From Corallochytrium limacisporum Hawaii (taxonomy: Eukaryota; Protista; Pluriformea), in assembly GCA_002811645.1 (NCBI GenBank), contig PDIP01000100.1, positions 38,220 to 86,541 of the forward strand: a DNA stretch of 48,322 bases. Direction: 5' to 3'. Shown in pieces: positions 22,724 to 35,000 of the stretch. Under the pieces are notes generated by a model that was given only the letters and a program-made list of their open reading frames with translations, had not been told where the DNA came from and searched no databases. The stretch's first letter is position 1, and every line of letters starts with the position of its first letter. The translations under genes were made by a program, and so were the position numbers.

Positions 22724-23150
22724 CCTTTTTCCAAGATCCTCAATGGTGCGATCGACGAGGACGTCTACCACGATCAGATGAGCATGGTCGTCGAATTGAC
22801 AAACGCTTTCGAAGACCACGACATCGGACTCAACGGCAAGAGGACTGCTCGGTTGAGCAAAGAGGACATCCCCAGTGTCATTTACATGTTCTTTCCTGTC
22901 AAGGAAGATGCCAAAGGAAGTGGACGCCATCGTGTCGACTGGCTTCGGCGTCAACTTCAAGGACATCGAGCCCGACCTGGCCACTAATTGTGATCTCTAC
23001 TGTGTCCGCATTCGCGGCACGACGCTGAAGCGAAACGGCCGGCGTCCGAACGGCCTGTGTGAGAAGCGCATCGTTTGGGAACGCAATCGCGCCAAGCATA
23101 AGAAACTGGCAGGCAAGCGCAAAGGAAGAGGAAGGGCCAGGAAGATGTAA
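22724..23150 (+). pseudogene. Frameshifted gene fragment resembling the C-terminal region of TSNAXIP1 (translin-associated factor X-interacting protein 1)
   Basis: Joined frames read FSKILNGAIDEDVYHDQMSMVVELTNAFEDHD...RLSKEDIPSVIYMFFPVK / KMPKEVDAIV...VNFKDI. In-frame TAA at 22721 and a frame change near 22904. Family assigned from recalled motifs only. Confidence 0.45.
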
Positions 23151-23789
23151 CGGGTTGGCGAATGCTCATGATGGATCTGCTTCCGTACTGGAATCTCCAG
23201 CCCAAAGTCGTTCTCTAAGATCATACGGTGGGCAGAATCCGTGTGTGTGTACCATCCCCAAAAAAGCTAGGTCATAAAACTTCCCATCGCGATTGGAAAC
23301 GTATTAGCACTGGCCCCGGTCTCGATGTGTCCAGTCCCAACCCAACCCACCTCCCAAATGTTCGCTGGTTCTTGCTTCCGTGCCGCGGAGTGTAAGGGGA
23401 GGGTTGGGGATGTAGCGTGACGGATACGTGGTTCTATAAATAGGGCACTGCCGTACACATTCCGTTTTGTACACACAACCCCCCCCCCCGGGGGGCTTCC
23501 CTCTCCCGTGTTCCTATGATCTCTGCGCACTTGCACTGTGGCTCATTGGTTGGAGATGAGGTGAGGCGTCGGGCGTGCCATTTGTTGCCCGATCACTGGA
23601 CTTCTCCAGCCGCGCTTCGGTTCCTTGTTTATTTCTATTTCTGGTGCGCTTTTCTATTTGGGAATCAACATTTCAGAAAGTGAATACTTGCATGATTTTC
23701 AGCATTCGGATTATTGCCTGAGGTTTGTTCGAAAGCAAAGGGAAGTCGACCATAGAAGAAGGCCAACAGGGCTATAATTCGAAGCGACC

Positions 23790-24920
23790 ATGTCCAAGCC
23801 TCAACGGCCAAAGCCTCAATTGGATACAAACGTGACTTTCCACGCCTATGCAGCCTACGGCCCCGATGAACCCCTGCGTCCATTCGACTACAATCCCAAA
23901 CCGCTTGGTCCCACAGATGTCGAAGTAAAGATCCTCTGCTGCGGCATCTGTGGCACCGACTGCCACACGATCAAGTCCGAACATGGGCCCACGCGCTACC
24001 CATGTGTGGTCGGGCACGAGATAATAGGTACAGTAGTGGCCAAGGGTGTGGAGGTTCGGGAGCTTGACCTTGGCGCAAGGGTCGGAATTGGAGCACAGGT
24101 CGATGCCTGTCGAAACCGCCCCGAACGGCGCCGTCCCGCGAACAAAGATTGCGAAGAATGCGTGGGCGGATTGGAGGAATATTGTAGCCGGAACATTTCC
24201 ACGTACAATGCTCGTGATTTCGAAGGCTACATAACCTATGGTGGTTATGCAGACCGCGTGCGAGCGCCTGCTGCGTTCTGTGTGCCCGTGCCTTCCGCCC
24301 TGGAATCGTCGGTCGCAGCTCCTTTGCTCTGCGCAGGATCGACCGTCTATTCCCCGCTGCGGGAGTTCGGCGCCGGACCAGCGAAATCAGTCGGAGTAGT
24401 CGGCGTTGGAGGCCTCGGGCACCTGGCGGTGCAGTTCGCAGCGAAGACTTTTAAAGCGCGCACAGTTGTGGCAGTGAGCCACAGCGAACGCAAGCGGGAG
24501 GACGCGCTCGCAATGGGAGCTACAAAGTTTCTGAACAGTTCGAATCGATCGGAAATGAAGGAGGCGTTCGGGACTCTGGATCTATTGATCATCACTGCAA
24601 ACCCAAAGGGGCTGGATCTTCATCCATACCTTAGACTGCTGCGCATGGACGGAGTGGCGTGTATGGTTGCAGCGCCCGAGGGCGCTCTGCAAGTAATTCC
24701 ATTCTTCCTAATGCGTAGAAGGATTCGATTGGTGGGTTCCTTGATTGCGGGCGTGGACACAATCAGTGAGATGCTGAGGGCTGCAGCTAGAGATCAGGTA
24801 CACCCCGTGATCGAGCGCTTCCCTATGTCCCAATGCAATGACGGCGTCGACCGCGTGTTCGAGGGCACCGCACGATACCGGGTTGTGCTCGAGAACCAGG
24901 GCGGCCCTGGTAAGTTGTGA
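23790..24920 (+). CDS. Zn-dependent alcohol dehydrogenase, cinnamyl-ADH/ADH6/YahK-like (MDR superfamily)
   Basis: CGICGTD, GHEIIG, structural-Zn cysteines, TYGGYA, APLLCAG, GVGGLG Rossmann motif, RYRVVL; ends in -GKL. Confidence 0.95.
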   Translation: MSKPQRPKPQLDTNVTFHAYAAYGPDEPLRPFDYNPKPLGPTDVEVKILCCGICGTDCHTIKSEHGPTRYPCVVGHEIIGTVVAKGVEVRELDLGARVGIGAQVDACRNRPERRRPANKDCEECVGGLEEYCSRNISTYNARDFEGYITYGGYADRVRAPAAFCVPVPSALESSVAAPLLCAGSTVYSPLREFGAGPAKSVGVVGVGGLGHLAVQFAAKTFKARTVVAVSHSERKREDALAMGATKFLNSSNRSEMKEAFGTLDLLIITANPKGLDLHPYLRLLRMDGVACMVAAPEGALQVIPFFLMRRRIRLVGSLIAGVDTISEMLRAAARDQVHPVIERFPMSQCNDGVDRVFEGTARYRVVLENQGGPGKL

Positions 24921-25426
24921 GACTAAGGGGCGCTGAGACAAGAACGATACTTTATTTTGTCAACCCCGTATAAACTACATACAAAGTGCTATTCTACAAA
25001 AACGACAATTCAGCCACAGGCAGGATTAGCATAGGCCCCCTGGTACAGAAGCGCGCGGACTGAGGTCCGTACGCGCCCGTGCTGACCCGCCTCCTCCTGC
25101 CTCCCCCCTCCCCCGGGGCACCCAGGCCGGAGGCTGGGCGAGCGGGAAACACCGAACGGTATCCGAGGGCTGTCTGCAGCGGGACTTTGGGGAAGAAAAG
25201 GGGAGGGGGGGTTTTGCCCTTCCGCGGGCCCGGGGATTGTTTGTGTCACCGGCTGGGAGCACTTGTGTGGAAAGAGTTGTTGGTGGAGCTTTTGGCAAAC
25301 CTCGACCGGTTCTGCTGTTTTAGGTTCCTGTGTACTTGTGTGGCTGATGTGTTGTCGGTCATCGTCTGCCTTGGTTCAGGTTTGAAACAGTCTCACTGGT
25401 AGTGACCTATCAGTCGTCTTCTGCAG

Positions 25427-25574
25427 GTATGTAAATGACGCGATCTCGGTTGCTAAGGTCATGAGAACTCAAAGCAATAAGAAAGACTCACATGAAAGAG
25501 ACATTGTGTGGCGTGGCGATCAATTAAGTGTACCGTAGCATGAGGTAGCAATAGGTAGCAATCTGACCATTCAG
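25427..25574 (+). other. Putative 5'-UTR intron of the FAM114-like gene
   Basis: CAG|GTATGT donor, CTGAC branch-like site at 25563 and TTCAG acceptor 38 nt before the ATG. Confidence 0.35.
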
Positions 25575-25612
25575 TAAAGAAGGAAAAGAGAAAGTTTACC
25601 TTCATTCCAATA

Positions 25613-27193
25613 ATGAGCCAAGAAGGATCGAGCAGTGAACAGAAGCCTCCACAAGAGGAGGAGCAGGATTTCCGCAGTCCTCTCGATCGTCTTGCCGCGG
25701 CTAACCAGGCAAAACAACAGCAGGGATCTGGTTCTACAGGAAACGAGCAACAAAGCCAGGAAGGTGACGTTTTGTCCTCTATGTGGGGTACCGCAACGTC
25801 GTTCTGGGGCACCGCAGTCAAGGCTGCCACCGATACCTACAACGAGGTTGCAGAGACGCTTGACGCGGCAGCACGCTACGATCCGGAGACAGGAGAGCTG
25901 CGCGAGGCTGGATCTTCGACCGTAGATGTTCCGAAATCACAAGGTCAGGAGTCTAATGCGCAAACACAGGAGGTGCCAGCGCCAGGCGCGGCAGATGCGC
26001 CAGCTGGCACCGACCAGAGTGGAACTGTAGTGTCGACCGACGTCAGTGGAGATCCACTGCAGGCCCTCGCGGACCTTAATTTGGGCACCAAATTGTACGA
26101 TTTGTTTGATCAGGGCATGGACTTGACTGCGGACATGGTGGGCAAGGCACAGGGTCTGGTCCGTGACCCGAACGCAGGCATTGCCTCTGTCACGCAGGCA
26201 TCTGAGGGTTTCATGCATAAATCGCTTGATGTCTTGGAGACTTTGGGGGAAAGGACTGTGGAACTGCTGCAAGAGTCCGGAATTGGGCCTGCTGCGGGTA
26301 CGACGGTGGCAGCAGCGAATGCTACTTCCGCTGACCTGAATGATGCGGTGCAACAGGCGGCCAAGGACCAGTCGGAAGGATCCGGGGACAAGAGAGCAGA
26401 TCGCGAGATGACCTTCGCACAGGCCTTTGCTGCTGTCCAGGGTAACGTTGTGCTGACCAAAAGCAACGCTCTACTGTCTGAACAGAAGACCGCCGCCGAG
26501 CAAGCACTCGATTCCCTGGATCCGGAGACTTCGGCAGAAATCAAAGACCTCGTGGCGGAGATTGACGACAACATGGAGCAGGACGAGCCGGACCAACCGA
26601 CTTGGGAGGGTCAACCGCTTGATCTCAACGTTATCGCCGAATTGCTTGCTGTTCTGCACTTTGAAGAAGGATGCACAGACGCTGCAGATCGGCTCAAGGA
26701 AACGAAGCAAAACATACTTGTGTGGGCGAACCAGCAGCTCGTTTCCCTGAAGGAAAGCAGCGACGAGCCCGCCAAACTCAGACTAGACCGAATGTATCGG
26801 ACCGGCCTCGAACACATTGCTGGCTTCACGCTCGCTTCATGCGAGGTCATGCATGATGTGACTGCCAACTTTGTGGCTGGACTAGGTGACGGCAGCATCA
26901 TGTTTGAGTCACAAGAGGCGGTCATGGACGCGACCAAGCGTATGCACATGGTCTGGTGGTTGTTGTCTGACGAATGTTCGACAATCTACAATGTGGTATC
27001 GGGACTGATCAGCACGGCGTGCTCGTCGCTGTACACTGACCAAGAGCAGGAATCTCGCAAGGACGCGCTACGAGTACTGTCCACAAAGTTGTACCTTGAG
27101 TACGGCCATGCGAACGCAGCGATGCATGAGATTCTTATGGCCAACGCTCCGGTCTTTAAAGGGGCACTGTGCAATCTTTCCGAAGAGTACTGA
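25613..27193 (+). CDS. FAM114 (DUF719/Noxp20)-like protein
   Basis: N-terminal WG motifs (MWGTATSFWG); SLDVLETLGERTVELLQE and TFAQAFAAVQG resemble conserved FAM114 blocks; acidic helical C-terminus. Confidence 0.65.
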   Translation: MSQEGSSSEQKPPQEEEQDFRSPLDRLAAANQAKQQQGSGSTGNEQQSQEGDVLSSMWGTATSFWGTAVKAATDTYNEVAETLDAAARYDPETGELREAGSSTVDVPKSQGQESNAQTQEVPAPGAADAPAGTDQSGTVVSTDVSGDPLQALADLNLGTKLYDLFDQGMDLTADMVGKAQGLVRDPNAGIASVTQASEGFMHKSLDVLETLGERTVELLQESGIGPAAGTTVAAANATSADLNDAVQQAAKDQSEGSGDKRADREMTFAQAFAAVQGNVVLTKSNALLSEQKTAAEQALDSLDPETSAEIKDLVAEIDDNMEQDEPDQPTWEGQPLDLNVIAELLAVLHFEEGCTDAADRLKETKQNILVWANQQLVSLKESSDEPAKLRLDRMYRTGLEHIAGFTLASCEVMHDVTANFVAGLGDGSIMFESQEAVMDATKRMHMVWWLLSDECSTIYNVVSGLISTACSSLYTDQEQESRKDALRVLSTKLYLEYGHANAAMHEILMANAPVFKGALCNLSEEY

Positions 27194-27342
27194 ATACCGA
27201 CAATGAAATTTTTTGTCTGACGATAACTGTACAATACATATGACTTTATATGACGGTAATGTTCTATGGATCACACTGTTCTCAATTTCAGTGTTGGCAT
27301 GCCGTGCCGGTAGATGATTTGGGATTTTGTTGATATCAAAAT

Positions 27343-27645
27343 CTAACTCGTCGATGCCTTGTTGTCCGGAGACAGAAGCACAACAACGTCTCCGCGAACA
27401 AACATCATGGGAACTTTCTTACCTTGCTGCTTAATAAGTTCTTCATCGGTTTCCGGATCTACCTCTACGATGGTTACTGTCTCTTCCGCTTCGCTGAGCA
27501 CCAGATTCAAATGCTGGTCGTACGCGTGCAGCTTGCCACGGATCTCACGATCGCCGCGGCATTTCACCCGCACCCGGTCATCTAGAAGAAGACGCACCAG
27601 ATCTAGCGGTTCTTCGACTGTTGATGACAGACTTGACGTGGCCAT
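27343..27645 (-). CDS. LSM3: U6 snRNA-associated Sm-like protein LSm3
   Basis: [33 protein letters not shown]...MFVRGD; first ATG at 27645; intronless. Confidence 0.96.
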   Translation of the reverse strand: MATSSLSSTVEEPLDLVRLLLDDRVRVKCRGDREIRGKLHAYDQHLNLVLSEAEETVTIVEVDPETDEELIKQQGKKVPMMFVRGDVVVLLSPDNKASTS

Positions 27646-29923
27646 GTTCAATAACCGTGGTGGACTGTTGGATCCTTTCTTTACCTGTATCTCTGTCTCT
27701 GGTGTTCACCTGAACATTAACACATTCATTTATTTATCGAAGGGTGTTATGTTAATAGCAAACTATTCTTATAGCTTGTTGGTCTATTTGTTTGAGAACC
27801 ATGAAACAGATTGAACTTGAATTAGTACGAACGGAGAGCTATCCACCAAAGGGAACACTGTCAAGAATGGCCAGTAGTTTCCGGCCCGGAATTATTCGGA
27901 ACCATCGCGCTACGGTTTGCAGAACCGCGCCAGAGTACCCACCCTCCCTCAGCACAACAGCCAACAGCCATGCGCCGCTGATTATACAATCAAATAATCT
28001 TATTCATTTTAATATGAAAATCAAAACATAAAATCTCTGCGAGCCCTCCTCACTTTCTGCATACCTCAATAAATTGATTCACACATATATATTCTCGCGC
28101 TCGGTCGGTGAGCTGTCCAATCGCTTCGCGTGTGTATATAGTACAGTTGGTACTCCGCAGGGATCCCCGAGCAAGCAACACGTTGTGGACAGTTTTCATT
28201 CATTTTCTTCGTACGGCGTCTGGTTTATTTTTAGGTACGGCATGCGTAAACACACCACCGGACTGCCGTAGGAGACTGACTTTCCGTTGACTGGCTATGG
28301 AGCTGTGCCTCTGTTGATCGTAGGAAGAGGGTTACGGAACGTCCTTTGTAAACACGGGGGTTTGTGTATATGAACGCACACTTCATAGATCGCGCGAATC
28401 AAAACAAGCGACTGTGGGAAGCCGGAGCAAACAAGGATGGCGATAATTGCTAGAGTTCGCTCGCAGGCTGCTAGACGCACCCAGCCAGTTAGCATGATAA
28501 ATAGATCCAGATCAGAAACAGCTTTGGATAAGATTCTGCATGTCCCATGGGATGCATCAGAGGTTAAGGTATCAGCATCACAACTGACAGTAAAAAGGAT
28601 TCGACGTCTGGGGTGCGATTGTCTTACTAGATCTGTATGGTCTTGCTGGCACGTGAAACAAATCAGGTACAAACAGCACCCTGCATCCAAGTCACACAAA
28701 GTGTCTAGTGTTTCCAGCACACTTGCGCCCAGGAGAGTGCCATGGAAAGATGAGATGCGGTGTCGCATAGCAAAGTACGGGTTTACGCACACCATTGAGT
28801 TTCTTCCCATGTGTGTCTATCTAGTCCCTTTCGCAAACAAATTCACCGACGCGACATCTATCAGACCCTCTTTCCTGAGGATTCACAGACCTACAAAAGA
28901 GAGCAAAGACAGACGAAGTTTAATTGGTGGATGCTTAGCAATAATAGACCATGAAACTTGGTCGCGCTGAAGAAGATGTCTGAAGCGAATATATCTCCCA
29001 AAGCACCTGACTTTATGACCAGTTGCGAGAGCGGTATGACTCTCTCATTTCTGTGTACTCATGATCGGCCAAGGAGCAGCAGGTTTTGAGAATCAGGCCC
29101 AAGTTACCATTCCGTGTCACTGTCTCGCTCTCCACAAAGTTAGAGCAAAGATAAACTAGGACGAGCACACATTGATCCGCTTCACGTTCCCAACATTCTG
29201 GCTGATGCAAGCATTCCTTCTCTGCCCGTGCGTCCCACTGCGCGGCAAGGCCCCAAATTTCTTTGGGCGATCCGGTCATCAGATTTTAGCCTTTGTGACC
29301 GACTGCCAAAGGGAACAAACAAAAAGCAAAAAAAAAAAGAAAACACAAAAACATACAACAAAGAAGAATGGAAATTTAAATTATACCCCACCCCCCCCAG
29401 GGGGAACTCACGCGGAAAAATTGTGTGCTGGATGGAGGCGCAGGAAGGTAAGGGAAACTTTCCACTCCCAGGGGAGTGAGCGCGGGTTGCCTTAGTTCAG
29501 GTACCGTAAAGACAGAAAAAGAGAAACAAAGGCAACGAAAGGAAACAGCGTCAGAATCTTACGGCCGAACGTGTCGTCCGAATATCCTGTCGAACTTCTT
29601 AGGTTTATTGAGCTTCTCTGTTAATTTACGTATCGTGCGAAGGAAGGAGATGGGGGTATTACTCTAAGTTTTTGTTGTCTGGTATGGCTTCGTGGGGGGG
29701 GGGGTCCATTCGTCACTGGAAAACAAGAAAATACAAAGGAGAAATAAATGGTTCGCGGTGCCAGTTCACACTGGCATTTCCAATATGAACTGAGTTTTTG
29801 GGGGGACCCGGGGGGGATTGAGCACGGGCGGGTGCCCGCGACAGGCCGCTCGGTAGCGCACCAACCCCACTTCAGCTCGGAACCGAAATTGTCAGGTTGG
29901 CGGGGAAGGGAGTGAAGCGTCGC

Positions 29924-29964
29924 GGTGGTGGTGGTGGTGGTGGTGGTGGTGGTGGTGGTGGTGG
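29924..29964. repeat. (GGT)13 microsatellite
   Basis: Perfect trinucleotide run in the LSM3-transferrin spacer. Confidence 0.97.
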
Positions 29965-32080
29965 AATCTCTTCGGGCCGCCGCCGCGTGTTTGTTTCGAA
30001 AACGCTTCACTCGCCGGTAGTTGGATGTCCAGCTGCTTTGGACACACATACAACAGACCAGGTGTTAAGCTCCACGCGAGCTATACCATCCAGGGCGTGT
30101 ACGTCGATACATTCATTACTATTGAGTTGGTATTGCCGTTTGTCCGTCATTCCCTTATTCGGCGTGCGAGTTTTTGCACGCATCTCCCAATTTTTAAAGT
30201 GTTTCCTCCTCACCCGCCCCCCCCCAAGCCCCCCAACCCCGCTCGCTGAGTTGTGCCTGTCTGCAACATTCAGTACATTCCCTACCATTCTCCCTTTGCT
30301 TTGGTTTCAGTGGTGATTGGGACCCGGTTGTCCAAAAAAGGCGCTGGAGCGGAATTAAGTTTTCTAAACCATGAAGAAGACGCAAAACAAACACACGGTA
30401 GGTGCTGACAGGTGTTCCCTGAGGTATGAGCCATCCATATAACACTTCCGAAGAGCTTGCCATGGCGGACCATCCACGTTTCAATCGTATCAGGTGCTGC
30501 TGAGATGCGGTATCAGATGGGATCTGAATGGTGCCTGGTCAGTATCGGGGAGCAACGAGGGCGGTTCTTTGGCGTACGCTGGCCACCAAGGAAGTGGCTT
30601 TTTTTGGAACACAGTGTTTGGAAGCAAATGGTTCCCAGTGGTTTTTTTGTGGATTTTTGTTTTGGTGGGTGAGGAGCAGTGCGGCCATGATAGGCAACAC
30701 GCACAAGCGAAACTGATGAACGGCGAAATATGCGTGACCCAGTGAGTCTGCAATCAACGCGGATTGGTTTTTTTGGGGCCCTTGAGAGGCCTCCAGAGCT
30801 GGGTACGTGTACGTGTGCGTGTGAGAAGTCCCTTGAAACTGGGACACACGCATGGGCATGGAGAATCGAACGAAGCATTACCGAGAGTGCATTGACGCCA
30901 CATACACACACCCCACCCAACATCAATTTACTGAATGGTTGGACTACCACATGAAATCTGTTGGCGTGCGTATGAGATCTCGGGGAGATGATCGATGGAC
31001 AAAATTCCCCGCCACCACCACCGTGACTTGTTTGCCCCTCCCATCACTTTGTTCTCTTCGACACCCACACCCCGCGCAGCACACACACACACACCCCCAC
31101 AACTCACATGATTTTTTGTTGTGTGTGTGTATGCGTGTCCCACCCCCTCCCCCGGAAGGGTCCGGGGGTGGGTGTGTGTTCCACGCATCGTCTCCCTGAC
31201 TCTCTCTCTCTCTCTCGCCCTCTCTCTCCCTCTCTCTCCCAATTTCGCTGCAGCTGCTGCGCGTTCGTTCTTTCCCCATCTTTAGTTTTTAAAGTCTTTG
31301 CGCATTCGCCTTTACCCCCATTGTGTTTCTATGGATGTGTGCCCTTTCTTTCCTTGGGAAGCGGGGGAGGATTGTGGGGGGGGGGAGAAGAAATCCCAAG
31401 CACGGCCCACCACCAAACTCCTTCCAAAGAAAATTCCAATCCCAGAGAGAGGGGGAACCCCCTTCGGTGGGTAAAGAATGAGTGTGGAGAAGGGCCGAAC
31501 AAGAAGTATCCGAAAGAAAAGGGGGAAACAAGGAACCGGGAAGGGTGGGGAGGGGGGGGGGCCGAGGCCACCTCAGTGACTGCCGCGGGAGGGTAAAGGC
31601 TGCCTGGTACGGCCAGGGGAGATTTTGGAAGCACAATGCGTGTTGTAGTGTCTCGTACCTGATGGCAGCTGAACGCTGCAGGAAACCACAAGAGGAATGC
31701 TCCTTTCAGTCTTCGAAAGACGCTGGATCCAGAAAATGGTACGCGTGTGTTTCTTTGGGTCTCGACACTTTGCAATCAGATCCATGCAGAGACCGGGCTA
31801 TTTCGGGAAGATCCGTGGACCAAGATGATGAACATTGAAACGTTTTCTAAGTTCGAGTTAATGACCACCTTAGTTCGGGGTCTTTAACATATCAGCGACT
31901 GAAGTTTGAACCAGTTGCCAGTTCTACGGAAACAAAAGGGAACACTGACAGGGAAACAAAAGGGTACATTCATAGTGCTGCGCATGCACTCACCCCGGCC
32001 TCCTCTTTCAGTCTGTACTTTTGATTCCTCTCCAGTGACACTACTAATTGATTAAAAACGACAAGCAACGCGCTCCAACA

Positions 32081-35000
32081 ATGAGGTTCATCCACATTGC
32101 CCCAGCAGCCCTCCTGGCTGTCGGCGCAGCTGGCCAAACTCTGCGCATCGCGCTGGCTGGCGACGCCACCGAGCTGACTGAAGCACAGCGGGATGCCCTC
32201 GACGACTTCAACGAGGGTCGTGATCTGGAGGTTGAATTTGTCTCTTCAGAGTTCAACAGCATTGATGGCGCCGTACAGGGTGAAGCTGACCTCGTCAACA
32301 TCGATGGTGTCGATGCTGTGGCAGCCTTCCTGGCCGAGGAAGCTCTCCTTGTCGGATTCGAGAACGAGGGATCCTACACAGCGACTCCCGTGGTTCGCGT
32401 TAACAGCGACATCCAATCCTTCGCCGACATGCGAGACAGGAATGCTTGCCATACCGGCACGTTCAAGAGCGCTGGTACATTTATGCCCTTGGGCTACGCG
32501 GTCGAAAATAGCGAGATCACGAACATTGTTCAGATGTATACCGGGGACCACTATGATGGCTGTGAATCCCCAGTGATTGAGACTGCCCGCAACTACTTCC
32601 GGGACATTTGCATGCCGGCCAACTCTCCCGGCTGGCCCGGTTACTGTGGTCTCTGCCCTGGTGATTGTGACAATACTTCGGAATACTCCGGTTACAAAGG
32701 CGCCCTGAAGGGTCTGGTTGACAACATTTGCGACGTCGCATTTGTCAAGTCGACCACTGTCGCGGACTATTGCGCCAAGATTGACAATTGCGATAATGAC
32801 GACTACCGCTCTATAACGCTGAAGAACGCCGATGGGTCTGATGCTGACATGACCGTACCGTCCCATTCTCTGTTGGTTCTGCCCTCGCTAAACATAGACA
32901 TAGAAGAGGTCAAAACCACCATTCGCGAGCTCGTTGCCGATGATGTACTGAAGCCCGCCGTAACCGAAGCTGACGCTGTAACCGTGGATGGTACTACCAC
33001 AGAAGAGCACATTGGCAGCTACGCCGAAAAGCTCGAGTCTGTACCTGGCTTCAGCGAGTTCCTTGAATGCACCAAGGCCGGTCCCAATGAGTGCCCGGAG
33101 GTAGAAACCGACTGCACCTACGACACTGCCACCCCATTCCTGCGCATCGGTTTGCCTGAAGATCTCTGGGAGCGCCGTGCTCAAATCCAGACGTACCTGA
33201 ATACCCAGGCTACTGACGACGAGCGCATTGTTCTAGCCCGCACGGACTCCATTTACCGTCTCAACGACAACTCTGTCGACTCCATTGACTTGGACAGCGG
33301 TGCTGCTGCCATTGGAAGCCTTCGCTTCGAACAGCAAGTCTCGGTCGTCGAAGTTGATGACGGTGCCCAGAACTACGTTGCTTCAGCGCTCGTCCGGTCC
33401 GATTCTGGCTTATCCACATTTTCCGATCTCAGGGGTAAGAAGTCATGCCACACTGGTTTCCTCAAGACTGCGGGCATGCAGATGCCGGTCGGTTGGTCTG
33501 TACAGAATCGCCACAAAACCGGTATGAAGGCAACTCTGGTCACAGGCTACGGTATCGATCAGTGCCGCAGTCCCCTGTTGTACACGGTACGTGACTACTT
33601 TGGTGCATCCTGTGCTCCCCCAACTACCGCTGGCCACGTTGGTATCTGCGATCTGTGCTACTCCGGTGCCGAGGCCGAAGGGGCAGCCGGTGAATCCGTC
33701 TGTGACTCTGGCAACCGCTACGCTGGTTACAATGGTGCCCTTCGCGGTCTGATTGAGGGAGCCTGTGACGTCGCTTTCGTCCGGTCTACAACCTTTAACG
33801 ATGCCTGCGGTGCGAACGATTCTCCAGCTTGGTGTGACGGTGCGCCCGACATCGAGGAACTGGCTGAGATCCAGGAGGCGGGTGGCTTTGCCAAAGTGCC
33901 CACCCACCCGATCATGGTGCGTAACAATGCCCCTGAGCAGGCCGTGCGCATCGCTTCGTTGCTCACCACTGCAGAAGCCGCCACTGCGTTTGATAAAACC
34001 TTTGACTATGTTGATGGCGTCGACGAGAGCCAGGTCGGTACGAAGGCTGCAACCGACGCCCATCTGGAGTCCTACGTTGAAAATGTGCAGAATGTGCCCG
34101 GCATGCTGTCCCTGTTGAATTGTGAGGCCCTGGATGAGTGCACGCCCGATGTTGACACCGACTGTCCGGCCACACCTTTGGCCGTGCAAATGCACTTCGC
34201 CCTTGGTGATGATCCATACCGTACCAATGCCAGTGCCCTTATTACCGCCTTCAAAAATGTCAACGAAAATCGAAATACGAATATTGTCGGCCTTGACGCC
34301 GGTTCTGCCAACGAACTGGAAGGGAATACCGTCGATGTCGCTTTCCTGGACGCCTCGGAAGGCACTTACGCCTGGCTCAACTACGGAAGCCTCATCATTG
34401 GCAACGAGGTCCGCAATGATGGTACTGACGCCTACAAGGCCTTCCCCTGGGTGCGTAAGGATTCTGGTATCAAGACCTATTCTCAGTTGGAGGGTAAGAA
34501 GTCCTGTCACACTGGCCTGCTCAAGAGCGCCGGGTCATTCATGCCCGTCGGCTACGGTATCCGGGCTGGCCACATTGACCCTTCTGTGATTGACGCCCAA
34601 CTCGACGCCTGCACAAGCCCCCTGATCGACACAATCCGCCGCTACTTTGGTGAGTCCTGTGCCCCGCCCGCGTCTGAGGGTGAGGCCGGTATTTGCGATC
34701 TTTGTGACCCTGACACTCCCTGCGATTCCAATAATCGCTACGCTGGCTACGACGGTGCCTTCCAAGGCCTGGTTGATGGCGTTTGTGACGTTGCATTCGT
34801 GCGCCAGAAAACGCCAGACGAATACTGTGGCATAGACGCTGACCCCGGGAACAAGCCGGAATTCTGTGACGCAAATCTAGACGACTTTGAGATGCTGGAG
34901 GAACTACAGAGAACCGTAACAGGTCTGGGCACCGTCCCTGAGCACGCCTTTTACGTGCGCAACGACCTTTCCGACGCTTTTATTGGCCACGCCCAGGCTC

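Noticed and set aside
22778-23150. Overlapping ORFs as a programmed +1 frameshift (ornithine decarboxylase antizyme)
   Set aside because: No stop-codon-containing shift site at the junction and no convincing antizyme motifs; a decayed gene fits better.
32028-32045. CAGTGA near the transferrin start as an iron-responsive element
   Set aside because: Flanks (ctctc / cacta) cannot form the IRE stem.
33443-34510. 355-aa antisense ORF and other long antisense ORFs over real genes
   Set aside because: Shadow ORFs caused by codon bias of the sense genes.
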